From Dicyema japonicum (Eukaryota; Animalia; Dicyemida), in contig RDEW01000032.1 in the NCBI GenBank assembly GCA_011109175.1, forward strand, positions 154,404-218,403: a stretch of 64,000 nucleotides of DNA. Reading direction: 5' to 3'. Positions within the stretch are counted from its first letter, which is position 1. The number at the start of each line of letters is the position of its first letter. The notes beneath the pieces were generated by a model. It was not told where the DNA came from. It ran no database searches and saw nothing but the letters and a program-made list of their open reading frames with translations. Position numbers and translations under genes: made by a program. This document shows positions 1-13,011 of this stretch, in pieces.

Positions 1-1290
1 GGAGCTCAGTGTTTAAAGTAAAATTCGAGTCATCCTTAGACTCGACTCATCAAGAAATCCGCTTAGTACCCCCATTAATACGTTCCTGTTAACCGTATCA
101 AAAGCTTTGATAGGTCAATTCCCAGAATATTGGTGGCGTTACGGTATCTTTGATATGTTGCACACCTCCATCTGTGACTCCAGACCGCATCAGCTGTGGA
201 TCTCCCTTCTCGAAAACCACTTTGACTATCTGGTAGGTATTTGTAAGCAGATCCTTTTATTTGTTCAAGCACACTGTTTGCCAAGACTTTGCATAATTAA
301 TTTAGTGATATGATGGGTCGCAAATTTTCGAGCGGTCCTTTGGTTTTGTTGATTTTTTGTATGGGGATTAGTAGTCCCGTACCCAGAGGTATAGTTGAGT
401 TAGTCGAAAACATTTCGTTTAGTAGTGTAGCGGTTTTTCCAAAAAGGGCGCCAAGGCCGTATTTCAGTAATTCTGGGTTTATCGCATCTGGTCCAAGACT
501 TCTGTTATTCTTGAGTTTACGGCAGGCCATTTTGATTTCCTCGACCGTGATTGGTATCTCCAGGGGGTTTTAGCCTTCCAACAAATGGGTAGATTTCCAT
601 GGTTTTGATGTTGAAAAGCTTCTCAAAGTGAGCCGCGATAGCTTCAGTTTGTTCTTCGGTGTTCAGTATCAGCTTACCGTTCTTGTCTTTTATGGTTAGT
701 CGACTTCTGTTTGTTCGCCGCAGCAAACGGGCAGCGACGTACACCTGTGAGTTGTCTTTCACTTTGTTTACTTCTATACAGGAAGCTATTTCTTCTATGA
801 AAAGCTTCTTGTTCAGACCCTTTATTTTTTATTTTCTTCTGACACGTTGCCTTTCGCCTTGAAGGGCTTTTATCGTATTAGTGTCAGTGGCATTTGATTT
901 TTTCATATTTATTTCTTTTAGACTTTTCGCAAGCTCAGGAACATCTGGATGAATAGCCTTCAGGTGCATTTTACTATTCTCCCTTTTGCCAAGACATGCT
1001 TAAGCAGCTTCGTTGATGGTGTTTTTTGTGCGTTTCTTCTAACGTGGGATCCACCAATACGTCCTGCATATGAGTCTGAATGTATTGTTGATATCTCTCA
1101 GTAGTCTCCGGTTGGGAAATCAGACTTTCAGTCGCATAGTCACCTCTGATTTTCTCAAATTCGTGATTTTTGGAATTCCTTGTATTTGATGGCATGTTTT
1201 TTCAGGGTGAAGGTCGCAATAACCATCTTGTGGTCGCTGACAGTCGTCGAGCCTTTATTTTGGAAAGTCAAAGGCAGCGGACCGGATATC
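1..1290 (-). mobile_element. Degenerate RTE-like LINE (end of APE endonuclease plus N-terminal RT), runs off the window
   Basis: Broken ORFs give SDHKMVIATF (APE C-terminus), SLGPDAINPELLK, LENLRPIISL, SQSGFREGRSTADAV and GIDLSK(AFD), with many frameshifts. Confidence 0.85.
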
Positions 1291-2177
1291 AGGCGTTTTA
1301 AATTTGTGTAAAAATTAAAGACCGAATATCAACTAGTCCTGATTGAAAATTCGATTTATTTCATAATTAAAGATAAAAAATAATTTATTGACAAATTAAC
1401 TGTTTTTTAATTATAATATAAAAATTCTCGAAACGAGTAAGCCACGTTTCTGTGGACGCTCACAAGTCACACTTTCTGGGATACATGATGCTAATCTCAA
1501 GTATGTCAAAAGAAAACTGAGATGTAAAGAACATCCAGACGACTTTAGAGAAGTTGCACTCGATTGTGGAAATTAAATCAATCACCTCGATGTTTCGAAG
1601 CCCCAAAGTAAAACTATAGCTATTATGAGTTAGAAGTGGTGATGTAGTAGTTCCTCTATTGTATTAAATCTCTACTTAGCATCATGTTGGATGAAAGGTT
1701 TTATCTTCTAATGCTCGTGAGCATAGAATGTTGGCGTACTCAGGAGACACTGGATCACAAAACGACAAGGTTAAGGTCAAAACAGACAGGGATCGGAATA
1801 TTGAACCGCTAACGGACTCGGAGACTTCACGTATCTCGGTATTTTCGATGCATTTGATAAGATATCGTTGAGGGGAATGTTTGTTAGGTTGGTCACTCTC
1901 ATGAATACGATTTTATCCATGTCCCTAAACTCAGCTTTATTTTAAAAGTTATCATCTCCAGTGTTTAAAACAGCATACTGTCGTTTTAAGACAGCATACT
2001 GTAGGTACGTCTGCAGATTCATATCTACTCCTCACTATCCTAGAGAACCCTTGCGGTACTTTGTTGCAACTCATTATTATTATTAGTTGCAACTCCTTCA
2101 TATATCTATGTTACTAATAATAGTTAAAAAAATATTTATTCTTTAAATTTAATTAAATTTTAGAAAGACGATAAATA

Positions 2178-2706
2178 TTAGTCAGATTGATCTGGTGTGG
2201 AGGAGATTTTATCTGGGACCTTCGGTAAGATAAATCGATCATTTTTACCGAATCTACATATTATATAAATTAAAAACGTTAATATATCACTTCTTCTTAA
2301 ATATTTGCAGTTCTTATCCGCGAAAACTAATTGAAAAGAGTCCACCTTTATTAAGCAATTTAACACAGAGAATGCTACCTTTCTAAAAATAAATTATAGA
2401 AATACGGTGAAGCATCTTTGTAGATGATACAATAATTTTTCATAAAATTTATAATTACTTCTAATGCGTTATGGACTGTAAAAAATCTATCGTGTTCGAA
2501 TTTGCTAAATGCCCACTTTTCATATTTTAGGTTTTTCTTAATATAATGCATGAGCCTCTAGGAATTCATGGATGTACATTACCTCATTGCAATTAAAATC
2601 CTCGAAAGAATTTTCAACGTCTATACAACCATTTAATGTTTCACTATTCATTTTAAAAAATTAACGAAGAATTCCTTTTATAGTCTGCCAGTTGCACGTT
2701 CGACAT
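2178..2706 (-). CDS. Spliced 144-aa protein of unknown function, possibly DEP-domain-like
   Basis: Five exons (2666-2706, 2583-2643, 2406-2557, 2278-2382, 2178-2253) joined by GT-AG introns of 22, 25, 23 and 24 nt give a 435-nt open frame with consistent phases: MSNVQLADYKRNSSETLNGCIDVENSFEDFNCNERLMHYIKKNLKYEKWAFSKFEHDRFFTVHNALEVIINFMKNYCIIYKDASPKVAFSVLNCLIKVDSFQLVFADKNCKYLRRSDILTFGKNDRFILPKVPDKISSTPDQSD. The DEP resemblance was judged by eye. Confidence 0.65.
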
Positions 2707-3259
2707 GAAAAGCTGTCTTCAATTAACAACTTCCTGCATTTCCTTCATCGATTTAATTTAAATTCATACTACTCTTGATATTAAAATTAATTAACCCCCT
2801 CAACCGGATTCTAATTATTTCCTTAGTAAACTAGAACTTCCTTAGTGAGCGGCAAAAAAAGTATCAATTTACCCAGTGGCCTTCCGAATTTAAGCTTGTC
2901 TATGCTAATTTTAGAATGTTTCATTTTAAAATAATATTGTTTCAAAAATTATGTGAATAATATATTTATTGGTTTTGATGCTTGCAATGCTCGGATGAAA
3001 TCAAGGAAGCCGGTAGAAGCTTTATAAGAATAGATTTTGAATCCACAGTTAACGTGGCCATGGAAGATTTCGTCTTCTCCGGTCCCCGATTCTGTGAACA
3101 ATTAAGGACCATTCTACGAATGATTATGGACGGGACTTCCAAAAACTAGAATACGTTTCAAAGGGGATAAAGTACAGACCTTGTTTATGAAGTATCAAGT
3201 GGAGGTTGATTACATTATTAGTTTATCAACTTAGAAGTGTTCTTTACGGTGGTGTTCTT

Positions 3260-4700
3260 TTAGCCTCTCTCTCATAGTCAATCGTGATTCCCACTTTAAT
3301 TCTGTTTTCATTAAGAATATCCTTACTGTCTTCTCAATCGCTAAGTCAGTTTATAGGCTTTCACATGACATTCTAGCTTCAAGGCTTAAATGGTATTTGT
3401 AGTACTTCCACGATCCATCCGAGTCAAAACTACTGGGACAAATATTTTTGCTGTGCACTAATCCGCTTGCTAGGAGATCATACCTGTGTGCCTTCGAACT
3501 TGTATTTTTAATTTTATCGAATACAAATATGTCTTCATAAGTGGCAATGGTTTTATCTACGCGTGATATACAAAAATTGTTGTGCTGAGTGGATCTTTAA
3601 TTTTTTGATTTTTTAATCCAAATTGGCGCCACATGCAGATGTATGCATCTGACAACCTCATTATGGGGACGTAGGTAAGTGCTGTTTAGCATTGTTCTGC
3701 ACTTTGTTGTTAAATGTTCCAATGTTTTTTGTCGAATTGCAATGTTTAACTTTTGTATCATTTTGCTAAAAAAACACGTATAAAGCATAGCATTTCTTCA
3801 GATCTCCGGAATTATTTCCATGCATCTTCCATTGGCATGATTCTGGGATATTTTACATCGACTCCTCAATAGAGTTAAGCAAGATAAAATGTCGGGGTTT
3901 TCTTTATTTTCCCTGCAATTTGTATTTTTTGACTTCATGTGGCTATTTTATATTTAAGTCTTACGGTATCTCCCAGTCAGAAATTCCACAATTGTGGCCA
4001 TATGTGTTTTCTTCCATTTTAAGACCATTAGCGTAACGTTGGTAGAATTGTTAACACCTTTATAGTAATGTTCTTTTCTTTATCGTATTCTCACTCTGTC
4101 TATTCTACGGGTGGCGCATTGTAACGAGTGCTGGGAAAGTGACCCATAGTTCGAATCTCACTGCTGTGCATTTCGGTTTATGGCTCCACGCATCTACGAT
4201 GCTTTGACTTGACGAGTGGCACCTTTATCAGTGAACATTTCACTGCGGAACCGGATTGTCTATAAAGTACATACACCCAACAAAAAGAAGTGAAGAGCAT
4301 TCCTTGGTTCTCCCTTTACGATTAGTTATAATAACTGTTCTTTACTAAAATAAAGTGTGTGTCCTGCCTGAGGGATCTATAGCTAATGTGGCTGTGGGTG
4401 TCCAGTCTATTCTAGTATGAATGAGGTACAAGCGAAACTTTAAGTATTCATATGTTTATGGAATGTAAAAGTGATCTTGGTTGAATTAAGAATCAACACA
4501 AACTCACATCTAAAGAATATGAGGATTGACGCTATCATCGGGTTAAGGTGTTTGGTGAAGAGTTCATCTCTGCTTCATCGACTTTGTAATTAACATGTGG
4601 TGGCTCTGAGGATATCCATTGGTTCCGGATAAAGAGAGGTGATAAGAGGATTACATGAAAACGGTCCCTGATCTGTCAAATAAGATAATACAAGGTCGAG
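3260..4700 (-). mobile_element. Degenerate R4/Dong-like non-LTR retrotransposon (RT, zinc knuckle, REL endonuclease), interrupted by a SINE
   Basis: YLRPHNEVVRCIHLH (3597-3788) and RYDLLASGL REL-type C-terminus; RT-like remnant at about 4400-4700. Confidence 0.6.
4108..4395 (+). mobile_element. tRNA-derived SINE copy 1
   Basis: A-box-like TGGCGCATTGT, B-box AGTTCGAATC, and a body homologous to the copies at 17.5, 22.8 and 56.3 kb. Confidence 0.8.
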
Positions 4701-6009
4701 ATATTTCATTTGAAAGCTACTTCTAAGCGACATCCAAATACTCAGCAATCATACCTGCTTTATTTTTTTGAGGCTAGACTTTTCTTTAGGGCTTTCTTCT
4801 CTGCATCGGTCAAAGAGCATTTTCCCCCTAAGTCACAGTTTCCTCTAATGTCATTCAAAGATAGTCTTTATTTTTACTCTCTGTTTTCTAGATGACTTTG
4901 ATAATTCTTTTTTAGACTCTGTATCGGTTTTTTCGATGGAGTTAACGCTCTTGACTTTTATCCCTATAAGATTCTAGAAAGCTCTAGAATCTTGAAGCCG
5001 TGTGATATGAGATGTGTTCCCGTTTTGTATTCGATGGCTCGGTAGTGAGAACTTATCATGTCAATATTGAAAAAAATAGGGATTACAACTGTATTATATG
5101 AAACCCTTTTCTCATCTAAGTTCGTGGACATAACATCCATATTAGAAAATTCTCGATTGTGATATTTGGTGTATTGTCAAAATGTTGCACGTTTCTAAAT
5201 TCTGATTTTACTCAAAAAGTCAAAATATTGTCAAATGATTGGATTTTGTTGGACCAATACGTAACATTTAGATTCCCAGTAAAAAAACATTCGAGGATTA
5301 ATATCTAATTTTTGCTTTATTCTTCCTTAAGGCAGACGGTTCTTGTCTCATTCTTCCAATTTGAAACAAACTAGATTCGAACTCAAATATTATATATCTG
5401 ATACTTCCAATTAACCAATAAACGTCCAGTTCCCTTGCGCCTGGACATTGGAATTCTTGAGTTGTCTAGAGAACTGGATTTCCGCACGATCAGGAGACCC
5501 CTCTGATCGCTGCTGGGTATTAGAAAGAATATCCTAAGAGAATGGCCACGTGGTCAGCGGATGCTGTATGACCTTTCTATGTATTTTATTCTGTTTTAAC
5601 AATAAAACTATTATGTAATGATTAACCAATAACTCAGTTACCTACAAATATAATAATAATATTTATATGGGATTTAGTTAGTTAAAGCTATCATTGTAAG
5701 TATTTTATGATTATATTGGTTAATTATCGATTTATATATTTAATTAAAATTTTATATACAATTAACACAGAATGAAACTGCCGATCGGCAGAAAAGTCAA
5801 TTGGTGGAATAGTTGTAAACTCTTAGTCAAAAAAGGAAAAGGCTATTTAGAGTGTCCCATAAAAGGAAAGAGGGGTTTTTTCCATGAAAGATAAAATATT
5901 TATGAAAAAATTAGGCGTTTATAAATAATGATTTTTGCCAAGCCTTACATTTAATTTTAACAAAATGCAGTTTTTTATTTAATTCATCACGCCACCTATA
6001 AAACTTACC

Positions 6010-6150
6010 TATCAATATAAGAACGGCGGAAAATTGGCCCACCGCAAGAAAGACGCGCGGGAAGCGGTCTGGCTGAGGCAAAGAATTGGTATCGCAATTG
6101 TTCGCGGAAACGCTTACTTTGTGATGTCAGCAGCCTCTCCCCCATAGTTA
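6010..6150 (+). mobile_element. CRE-clade retrotransposon 3' remnant
   Basis: Translates as AREAVWLRQRIGIAIVRGNA, the same C-terminal motif as the other CRE copies. Confidence 0.7.
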
Positions 6151-6484
6151 ATAAATAATATTTTATTGTTAATAAATTTTTATATTAAAAATATAAGAAC
6201 TAAACGTATTTCATAATTGTCATATCAATATTTTTTAAAATCTCCACGATCACCGAAAAAGAATGTCTCAGCCAACTAATTAAGTGATCCAAACTTCTAA
6301 TAGATTCCTGGACTCTCATGAGTGGTTCGAAATCAATATTAAAACTGCACGTGGAACTGGACGTATCATAGCTTTCGGTCAATGATTTTGCAAATTTAAA
6401 AGCAAAACTCACTTAAGACGACTCACTAATTAGCAAACTGACTGTAGAAATTGCAATTTATTATAAAAAGGCAAAACATCAGTT

Positions 6485-6830
6485 AGGAGCCGCCTGCGTG
6501 GCTGTTCCCTCTCAGAATTGCGAGCGAAATTCGCTTAAACAGTTAGCGGCGTTGGTGGCGATCTCCAGTGATGAAGTGATCCGGTTTCCAAGACGTCCGA
6601 AAAACTCTAGTGTAGAGAGGGAGTAGGATCCGGAACTCTCCATAACAAGTGGAACAAATTGGACATTATCGGAAAGGCCGTCGTATTTTTCGAGTTTGGC
6701 TTTCTCCACCTTGACGTTTGCAGATCAGGCCTTTGAACCGCACTCGTGAAGATTGTTCGGGGCGAACGTGTCTGTACATGTCACGTCCCAAACAAGTGGT
6801 ATCCCGGCCTCGAAGGAAAAATGGTCATCC
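6485..6830 (-). mobile_element. CRE-clade retrotransposon 3' fragment (REL endonuclease)
   Basis: EKAKLEKYDGL...FVPLVMESSGS...FFGRLG; close nucleotide match to the copies at 7.6, 18.9 and 55.0 kb. Confidence 0.85.
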
Positions 6831-6879
6831 CGTGTAGAATCAAAAAATGTTTTTTTGGAGTGGTCTCGTAGAATATCAA

Positions 6880-7250
6880 CCACTGGTATCTACAACTAGT
6901 GTATGTGTTCTTACATCAGCAAGGATGTGATAGATGCTCAGTGGAGGCTATTTGGGCATGTACTAAGAATGAACCCGGACGCACCCGCTAACAAAGTGAT
7001 GGAAGATTACTTTGACAGTTGCGAAAAACCCTTCCGCGGACGACCTAGATCGACACTTCCGACTGCCTTAAACAAAGACTTAAATCGTGTGAGAAAAAAT
7101 CTAAAGACGGGGACGACCTGGACGAATTGAGATCACTCGCATTCGACAGAGGAAAATGGAAAAGACTAACTATAAAAATTGTTTCTTTGAGTGTTGCACA
7201 TGCGGGGCTATAATCATTCTGGCTTTCGTGAAAGTGCCTTAATAATAATA
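6880..7250 (+). mobile_element. RTE-like LINE 3' fragment with (AAT)n tail
   Basis: QWRLFGHVLRM...FRGRPRSTLPTALNKDL, followed by a 3' UTR ending gtgaaagtgcc-taataataata. Confidence 0.85.
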
Positions 7251-7274
7251 ATTTTGATATTAATCGGGAAACTA

Positions 7275-7555
7275 CATTCCCTCAGACCAAATCCTCTCAT
7301 GAAGATTACCATTAAGAAAACTCTTCCGCCAGAGTGATGTGATGTCCGCGACAGTAGGACATATGATGAAAATTGAGAAGGGTGGCCATAATGTTTCTCT
7401 CTTCAGAAGCGGAAGTCTGTAATGGTGGATTATTGCGGATGGATTTATTCGACACAAACAGATGTTCTATCTTGGGTTCCATCCTTAGATTAACTATTTG
7501 TGACTACTTGTGCTGGTCTCACCAAAAATTGTGAGCCTGGGGGTGATTAATCGGT
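7275..7555. repeat. Dispersed ~280-bp repeat of unknown origin (second copy at about 11860-12135)
   Basis: Shared blocks such as gtgatgtccgcgac and ggaag(t/c)ctgtaatgg occur in both copies; no recognisable intact ORF. Confidence 0.6.
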
Positions 7556-7622
7556 AAACTCTACATATCGGATAAACTATAGAATAATAATTAGATTTTA
7601 ATTATTTAAATTTAAACAATAG

Positions 7623-7964
7623 AAGTCAGGTAGTTGCCGCCCTCACTGCGTGGCTGTTCCCTCTCAAATTGCGAGCGAAATTCGCTCAAATAGCCAGCGG
7701 CGTTCACGGAGATCTCCAGTGCATGAGGTGATCCGGTTTCCAAGACGTCCGAAAAACTCGAGTGTAGAGGGGGAGTGGGATCCGGAAGTCTCCATAGCAA
7801 GGGGAACAAATTTGACATCATCGGGAAGGTCGACGTATTTAACGAGTTTGGCTTTCTCCGCCTTTACGGATGCTGAACAGGCCCTTGTAGCACTCTCGTG
7901 AAGATTTTTCTGGGCGAACGTGTCTGTACATGTCACATCCCAAACCAGTGGTTTCCCGGCCTCG
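7623..7964 (-). mobile_element. 5'-truncated CRE retrotransposon flanked by ~54-bp direct repeats
   Basis: LVWDVTCTDTF...RGNSHAV REL domain; flanks 7569-7622 and 7963-8015 are near-identical. Confidence 0.85.
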
Positions 7965-8102
7965 GATAACTATAGAATAATAATTAGATTGTGATTAATT
8001 ATATTTAAACAATAGTAAATGACGAACTTATTTGTTAAAAATAGGGAATTCCAAAAAATCAAATAATTTATGATAACTCAATTTTACAAAAAAACTAATC
8101 AT

Positions 8103-10593
8103 TTACAATTTTAGAGGCATAAAAGCGGAAATAGACCTCTCAACACATTCATTGACTTCAAACCGAAAGTCATCATCCTCAGAGGTCACACTCTGCAATA
8201 CATACACATTTCTATTTTTGAGAAAACATTCATATAAGCCTTCACATCATCCACGCTCACCACAACTATATTAGAGTCAGGTGAGTGATCCACACATTCT
8301 GAACCAAACATATCACACAGAGACTTAACAAGAAAGCTCTTCAACTTATTGTTTTCGGTCTCCACGCTAACAAATTCTAGGTACGACAAATCATCTACAG
8401 AGCTATCTTCCACCTTCAAAATAATAGCCTGAACGGCATCATCGTACATATCCGAAGCAGGACTGGAAGTCCACTTCGAATAAAGACAATTCTAACCTCA
8501 AGGACCACGTGATCGTCCTTAAAAGTAATCTCGATTGTTTTCGCTACAAAAATCTTGGAAGACTCAACATCCTCGGAGACCAAATCAGTCATCTGCCTCA
8601 ACAAAGTTCTAACCAAATCCCGAGATCCCTTAAAGGGGATTGATTGCCTTTGAACTATCGAACTCCTAATCAGTTTCGTGTAATCTAAAGAATCAAATCC
8701 TTAACAAAACCAGTGACTTCCGAAGACTCCATGATATGGTAATTAAAATTCCGTTTAACTATGACCCCGGAGAGCCGGTCTCCGGTATTCATTCGTTTAA
8801 TGGAGGCCATTTTCCCGATTATCTAGGATTGGAGATATTGCCTGAGTACTTTAGCTGTTCGTTCTCCCTTGAAATAGAATTCTATATGTTCTGTGTTACG
8901 TGGATCATAAATATCGATGTTATAAGACGGATCATCCTCATATTCCCTTATAAGAGCAGCCTTCAGTCTCCCCATCACAGTCCTCTCCCCATGAACGAGA
9001 ATCTAAAAGTTACATGAAAACTCACAATATGAGATGGTTTAATAGCTCGGACAAATTCACTAGTCTGTTTGTAATCCGTGTGTGCTGAGAAGGAGATGTA
9101 CTCGACTGAGCATTTCAATGGGAGAACGCTTCCTTGGGCAGTTTGGATTGTCTCAGGGTTTTTGAGAATGGACTATATAAGAAAACATGAATACCCTGGC
9201 TAACGTTCCTTCAACACAATACCCGGCTATGATGACTCCGTTACGTGGGTCTGAGCACCACATCTCAAAGAGATCTCTGCTAAGTCCACTCTGCATCATT
9301 CCGGGAGAGGCAAGCACGACTGAAGGGCCGATATCATCAAATTCATCAATACTCTAAGGGAAAACAATATTGAAATAAAAATATTAAAAATAAATTACTC
9401 AAAAATAATTCTAAATAAAAAATCGAATTTCAAATACCCGTAAATTGTAAATATGCTTAAATACAAATGGATTCGAGATTGACATTAAATTCCTTATTTT
9501 GTCATTCATAGAGTCCACAAAGGTTTGGAAAACATTTATGCACTTCCTAGCCAGATGTGACCCATAGTATATGGGAATGCTCTGCAGCTGGGGATTTTTG
9601 CTCCAATACTCATCTAAATTGATGACAGCTATGACTACCTAATATCAGCAGCAGCTCCTGAGCTCTTCCCAAGGCAAAGACTGGAATGAGACATCTTCCC
9701 CCTTGAGAAACAATCTCATGGACCCGACTAGTGAATCTTCGCTCTCTATGTTCCTGAGGCTCGTGAACACTGGTTCCGTAAGTCGATTCCTAAAAATGTC
9801 CAAAAGAAAACGACAATTATAAGGACGTCAGGTACAACTGGGGGAATCTCAGCTGCCATTAAGTGTCGGTCTTCTTCTCTAGAGAAATCACCAGTGTATA
9901 AGATTTTCACCCCAGCTATCTCAATGAGAAACATCGCAGCGCCAAGTACATGGCCAGCAGATGTGCAGGAAAACTTTATCCCATCTACCACCATTTCTTG
10001 GTGGTAGTCGATCGTCTCAATTTTACCCATACTGTGGGCAATCTCATTTGTGCCATACAAGGGACGATCGGTATTCGCAAAACTAAAATTTAGTTTCAAA
10101 TTTAATTTTAATTCAAATAAATATTTTTAATAAAATATTTAAATTTATTTCTAATTCAAATTAAAGTGGTTATTAAATAATACCAGACTTTCGCGTAGTC
10201 AGTTAAAAGAAGTCTATAGATTGCTTTTGTAGCGTGTGTCATAAAACATCTTCCTCTAAATATAGTTTTTTCCAGTAAATATGGCAGAGAGCCACAGTGA
10301 TCTAGATGAAAGCTAAAATTAACCATAAATCTAACTGACTAATTAGAAGAAGGTCAATTTTATCCAAATCGACTGAATCAATGAAGGGCAATGCATCCAA
10401 ACCAAATCTGCCAGGATGAATTCCACAGTCGAGCTACATAATTATTACATATACCATAATATGCTTGTTCTTGAATTCTATGATGATACATGACCTACCC
10501 ACTTCCTGTCCGGCACCGCTGGATTTATTGTAACGACTCTTACAGTGGATAGATTGATAGCTTTGAATTGTCATCTGAAAGGGAATCCACCAT
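8103..10593 (-). CDS. CPSF3: Cleavage and polyadenylation specificity factor 73-kDa endonuclease (MBL/beta-CASP), about 676-680 aa, 13 introns
   Basis: Spliced product contains [76 protein letters not shown] and SFSAHTD. Introns: 10519-10543, 10434-10454, 10313-10335, 10083-10183, 9790-9814, 9614-9638, 9354-9437, 9173-9194, 9003-9025, 8823-8849, 8685-8710, 8474-8496, plus a last intron ending at 8193 with an uncertain donor. No frameshifts are needed. Confidence 0.97.
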
Positions 10594-10699
10594 GACTGAT
10601 TAATTTTCAAATTTTAATTTTTTTAATTAATTTTTTTAATTATTAATTATTTTAAATATTTGCGCTGTCGTGTAATTTTTACGAGTAAAAATTTTAATA

Positions 10700-11330
10700 C
10701 AGTCAGACCCCCGAATGAAGCAAAAATTCCCCACTTTTGAGGTTTTCTCAAAAATTGAGGGTATTAAAGGCTAAATAAAAAATGTGAAAAAATTACTTTT
10801 ATAATAAAAATAACTATAGCATGAATTAAAAATGATTAGATTTTTTGATAAAAAATCTGTTATTTTTATATTATTTTGTTTATTTTTTGTAGTATTGTCT
10901 TCATCATCCAATTATTAAAATGATTTTAAAAGCTTTAATTATTCCTCGGTCACAAGGCTGTATTTTTGAAGTTTTATTTTCTCGAAAAAATATTATGCCA
11001 ATGTTTGAATATTAGATCGACGTAGTATGACAAGTTCCACTATCCATCAGTAATGCTATTTTTTCTTATTTCTCTCATTTCTTCTTTAATACGAGATAAC
11101 TAAATTTCAAAAATATTTTTTGTCATTAAAACTTTGTATGAGGCATCATGGCAATGACTTTTAGATTTACTTCTCTCAATAGTCGAGTCGACTTGGACCC
11201 TCTTGACCTTATAAGTGGTTTATGTTTTTTCCAGTGTAGCTGCAACATAAGTGAAGCGAGAGAAGTTCTTATCTTATCTTATGTCCCTTGGTGATTCACT
11301 TTTGTAGCAAAACATTTTTTTAACAAATAT
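10700..11330 (-). mobile_element. pogo/Tigger-like DNA transposon remnant (DDE_1) with one terminus
   Basis: TA|CAGTCAGACCCC terminus at 10698-10711; minus-strand KTSKIQPCDRGIIKAFK and LCCSYTG motifs. Confidence 0.7.
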
Positions 11331-11859
11331 TCATAAAAAATCTTAGTTTCATCGCAATTTAAAATGTTTTCTTCATCACATTCTTTGAGTAAATCATTGA
11401 ATTTTTACCGAAAGTTTTCTGTTGCATTTTATTGTTGACCTTGAAATTTAAAATCACGGAACGCAGTATTTCTGGAGAGTTCCAGCCACCAATGCTTCTT
11501 GAACCCACGATACGAATGAACCATGGAACGTGCCCTCGAGACTGCGAAAATCTAATCACTCGACCGATATGTGCTTGTTTGGGGTCTAGGTGGAGGAGCA
11601 TCGGGTCAATATGAGGTCCTTGCTATAGCATGCTGGGATCACGTGATTAGTCAATTTGTGTAACCGTGGTCTCTGGTATTATTATTATTAATCTGGAAAC
11701 CTTTGGATCTCAGAACGAAAAACTTAAAATTTCGTATTTAATTAGTACCCATTTACACAGTTTGACATAGAGATGTCTTAATATAGGATTTCTTCCTTTT
11801 TCATTTTCAGTCGGTATGGACCTGATTATGTTTCACCAAAACGAGGTCGGACTGTTTAC

Positions 11860-12135
11860 TCAAAATACCTTCCCCTTGGATCAAATCGAATATTACATTA
11901 TGAAAACTCTTCAGTCGAAGAATGAAGTGATGTCCGCGACGGTAGGGTATGTGATGAAAATAGAAGAGGGCAGACCAACTTAGCACCACTCTTCGGAAGT
12001 GGAAGCCTGTAATGGACTATTGGAGAATGGAGTTGGTCATGCATACTCTCTCCCATGGGTTCCTTCCTTGCATTAATTAGTTATGACTGCTTTTCCTGGG
12101 CTTACCAAAGATTGTAATCCTAGGGTAATGAATTA
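11860..12135. repeat. Second copy of the ~280-bp dispersed repeat
   Basis: Homologous to 7275-7555. Confidence 0.6.
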
Positions 12136-13011
12136 ATTAAAATAGTACTACTATTTCTCTATCTCCCTTTCAGAATTACTATTAATTTGCCTTTATCATT
12201 CACATACAGTGCTACGCACATATGTAAACTATATTTCAACATTGTATTTCATTCACGGCACGGTACTAATTGATTACGGACCGGCAACAGTTGGTGCTCA
12301 CTTTTTGGAGAGTTTGAAATACACAATATAATTAAAAATTTAATTTTTAATTTGTAAAATTATGTATTTAATTATGTAACAAATGAGAAATAATTTAGTA
12401 ATAATTAATATATAACAATATAAAAGAATAATAGGATATGGAAAAAGTTATTTCATCCCAGCAATTTACATACAAACATAATTTGGATTCAAAATATATC
12501 TAATTTTTTCACAAAAATAAAAATAATTATAACGAAAATTACATTGAATTATTTTATTTTCTGATGAGATTAGAAAACATTTATATTTTAATTTTTAAAA
12601 TAAATCATCCTAACTCAAAATATCGGAATGTTTATTATTTGTTTATTCAGAACCCCGGAATGTTATTCTATCAATACATTGAGAAAAACAATTTTTTATT
12701 TTAAATACAAATCTATATCAAGATCTAATGATTACTCTGATGTTGTTTCGAATTTTCAAAAATAACTGAAAAACTAAAAAAACAAAAATTATGATATTAT
12801 TTACTTTAATATTCCAATGCACTCAATATTATCTGATATCTGTTTTTTATTATATCAGCTAAATGGGATTAAATAGAATTTTCTGGCAGAATATTTCCAC
12901 AAAATAAAAATCCTCATAAACAACATTTAAACTAAATGCATTTTGGTGGAATTATTTTTGAAACGATTGATAGATGGATAATTTTATTAACATAACAAAA
13001 CTCGTTACTAA

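Noticed and set aside
10594-10605. Spliced-leader trans-splice acceptor (AG 2 nt before the CPSF3 ATG)
   Set aside because: PP1 and the metzincins lack a comparable AG, and no SL RNA gene is visible; chance is sufficient.
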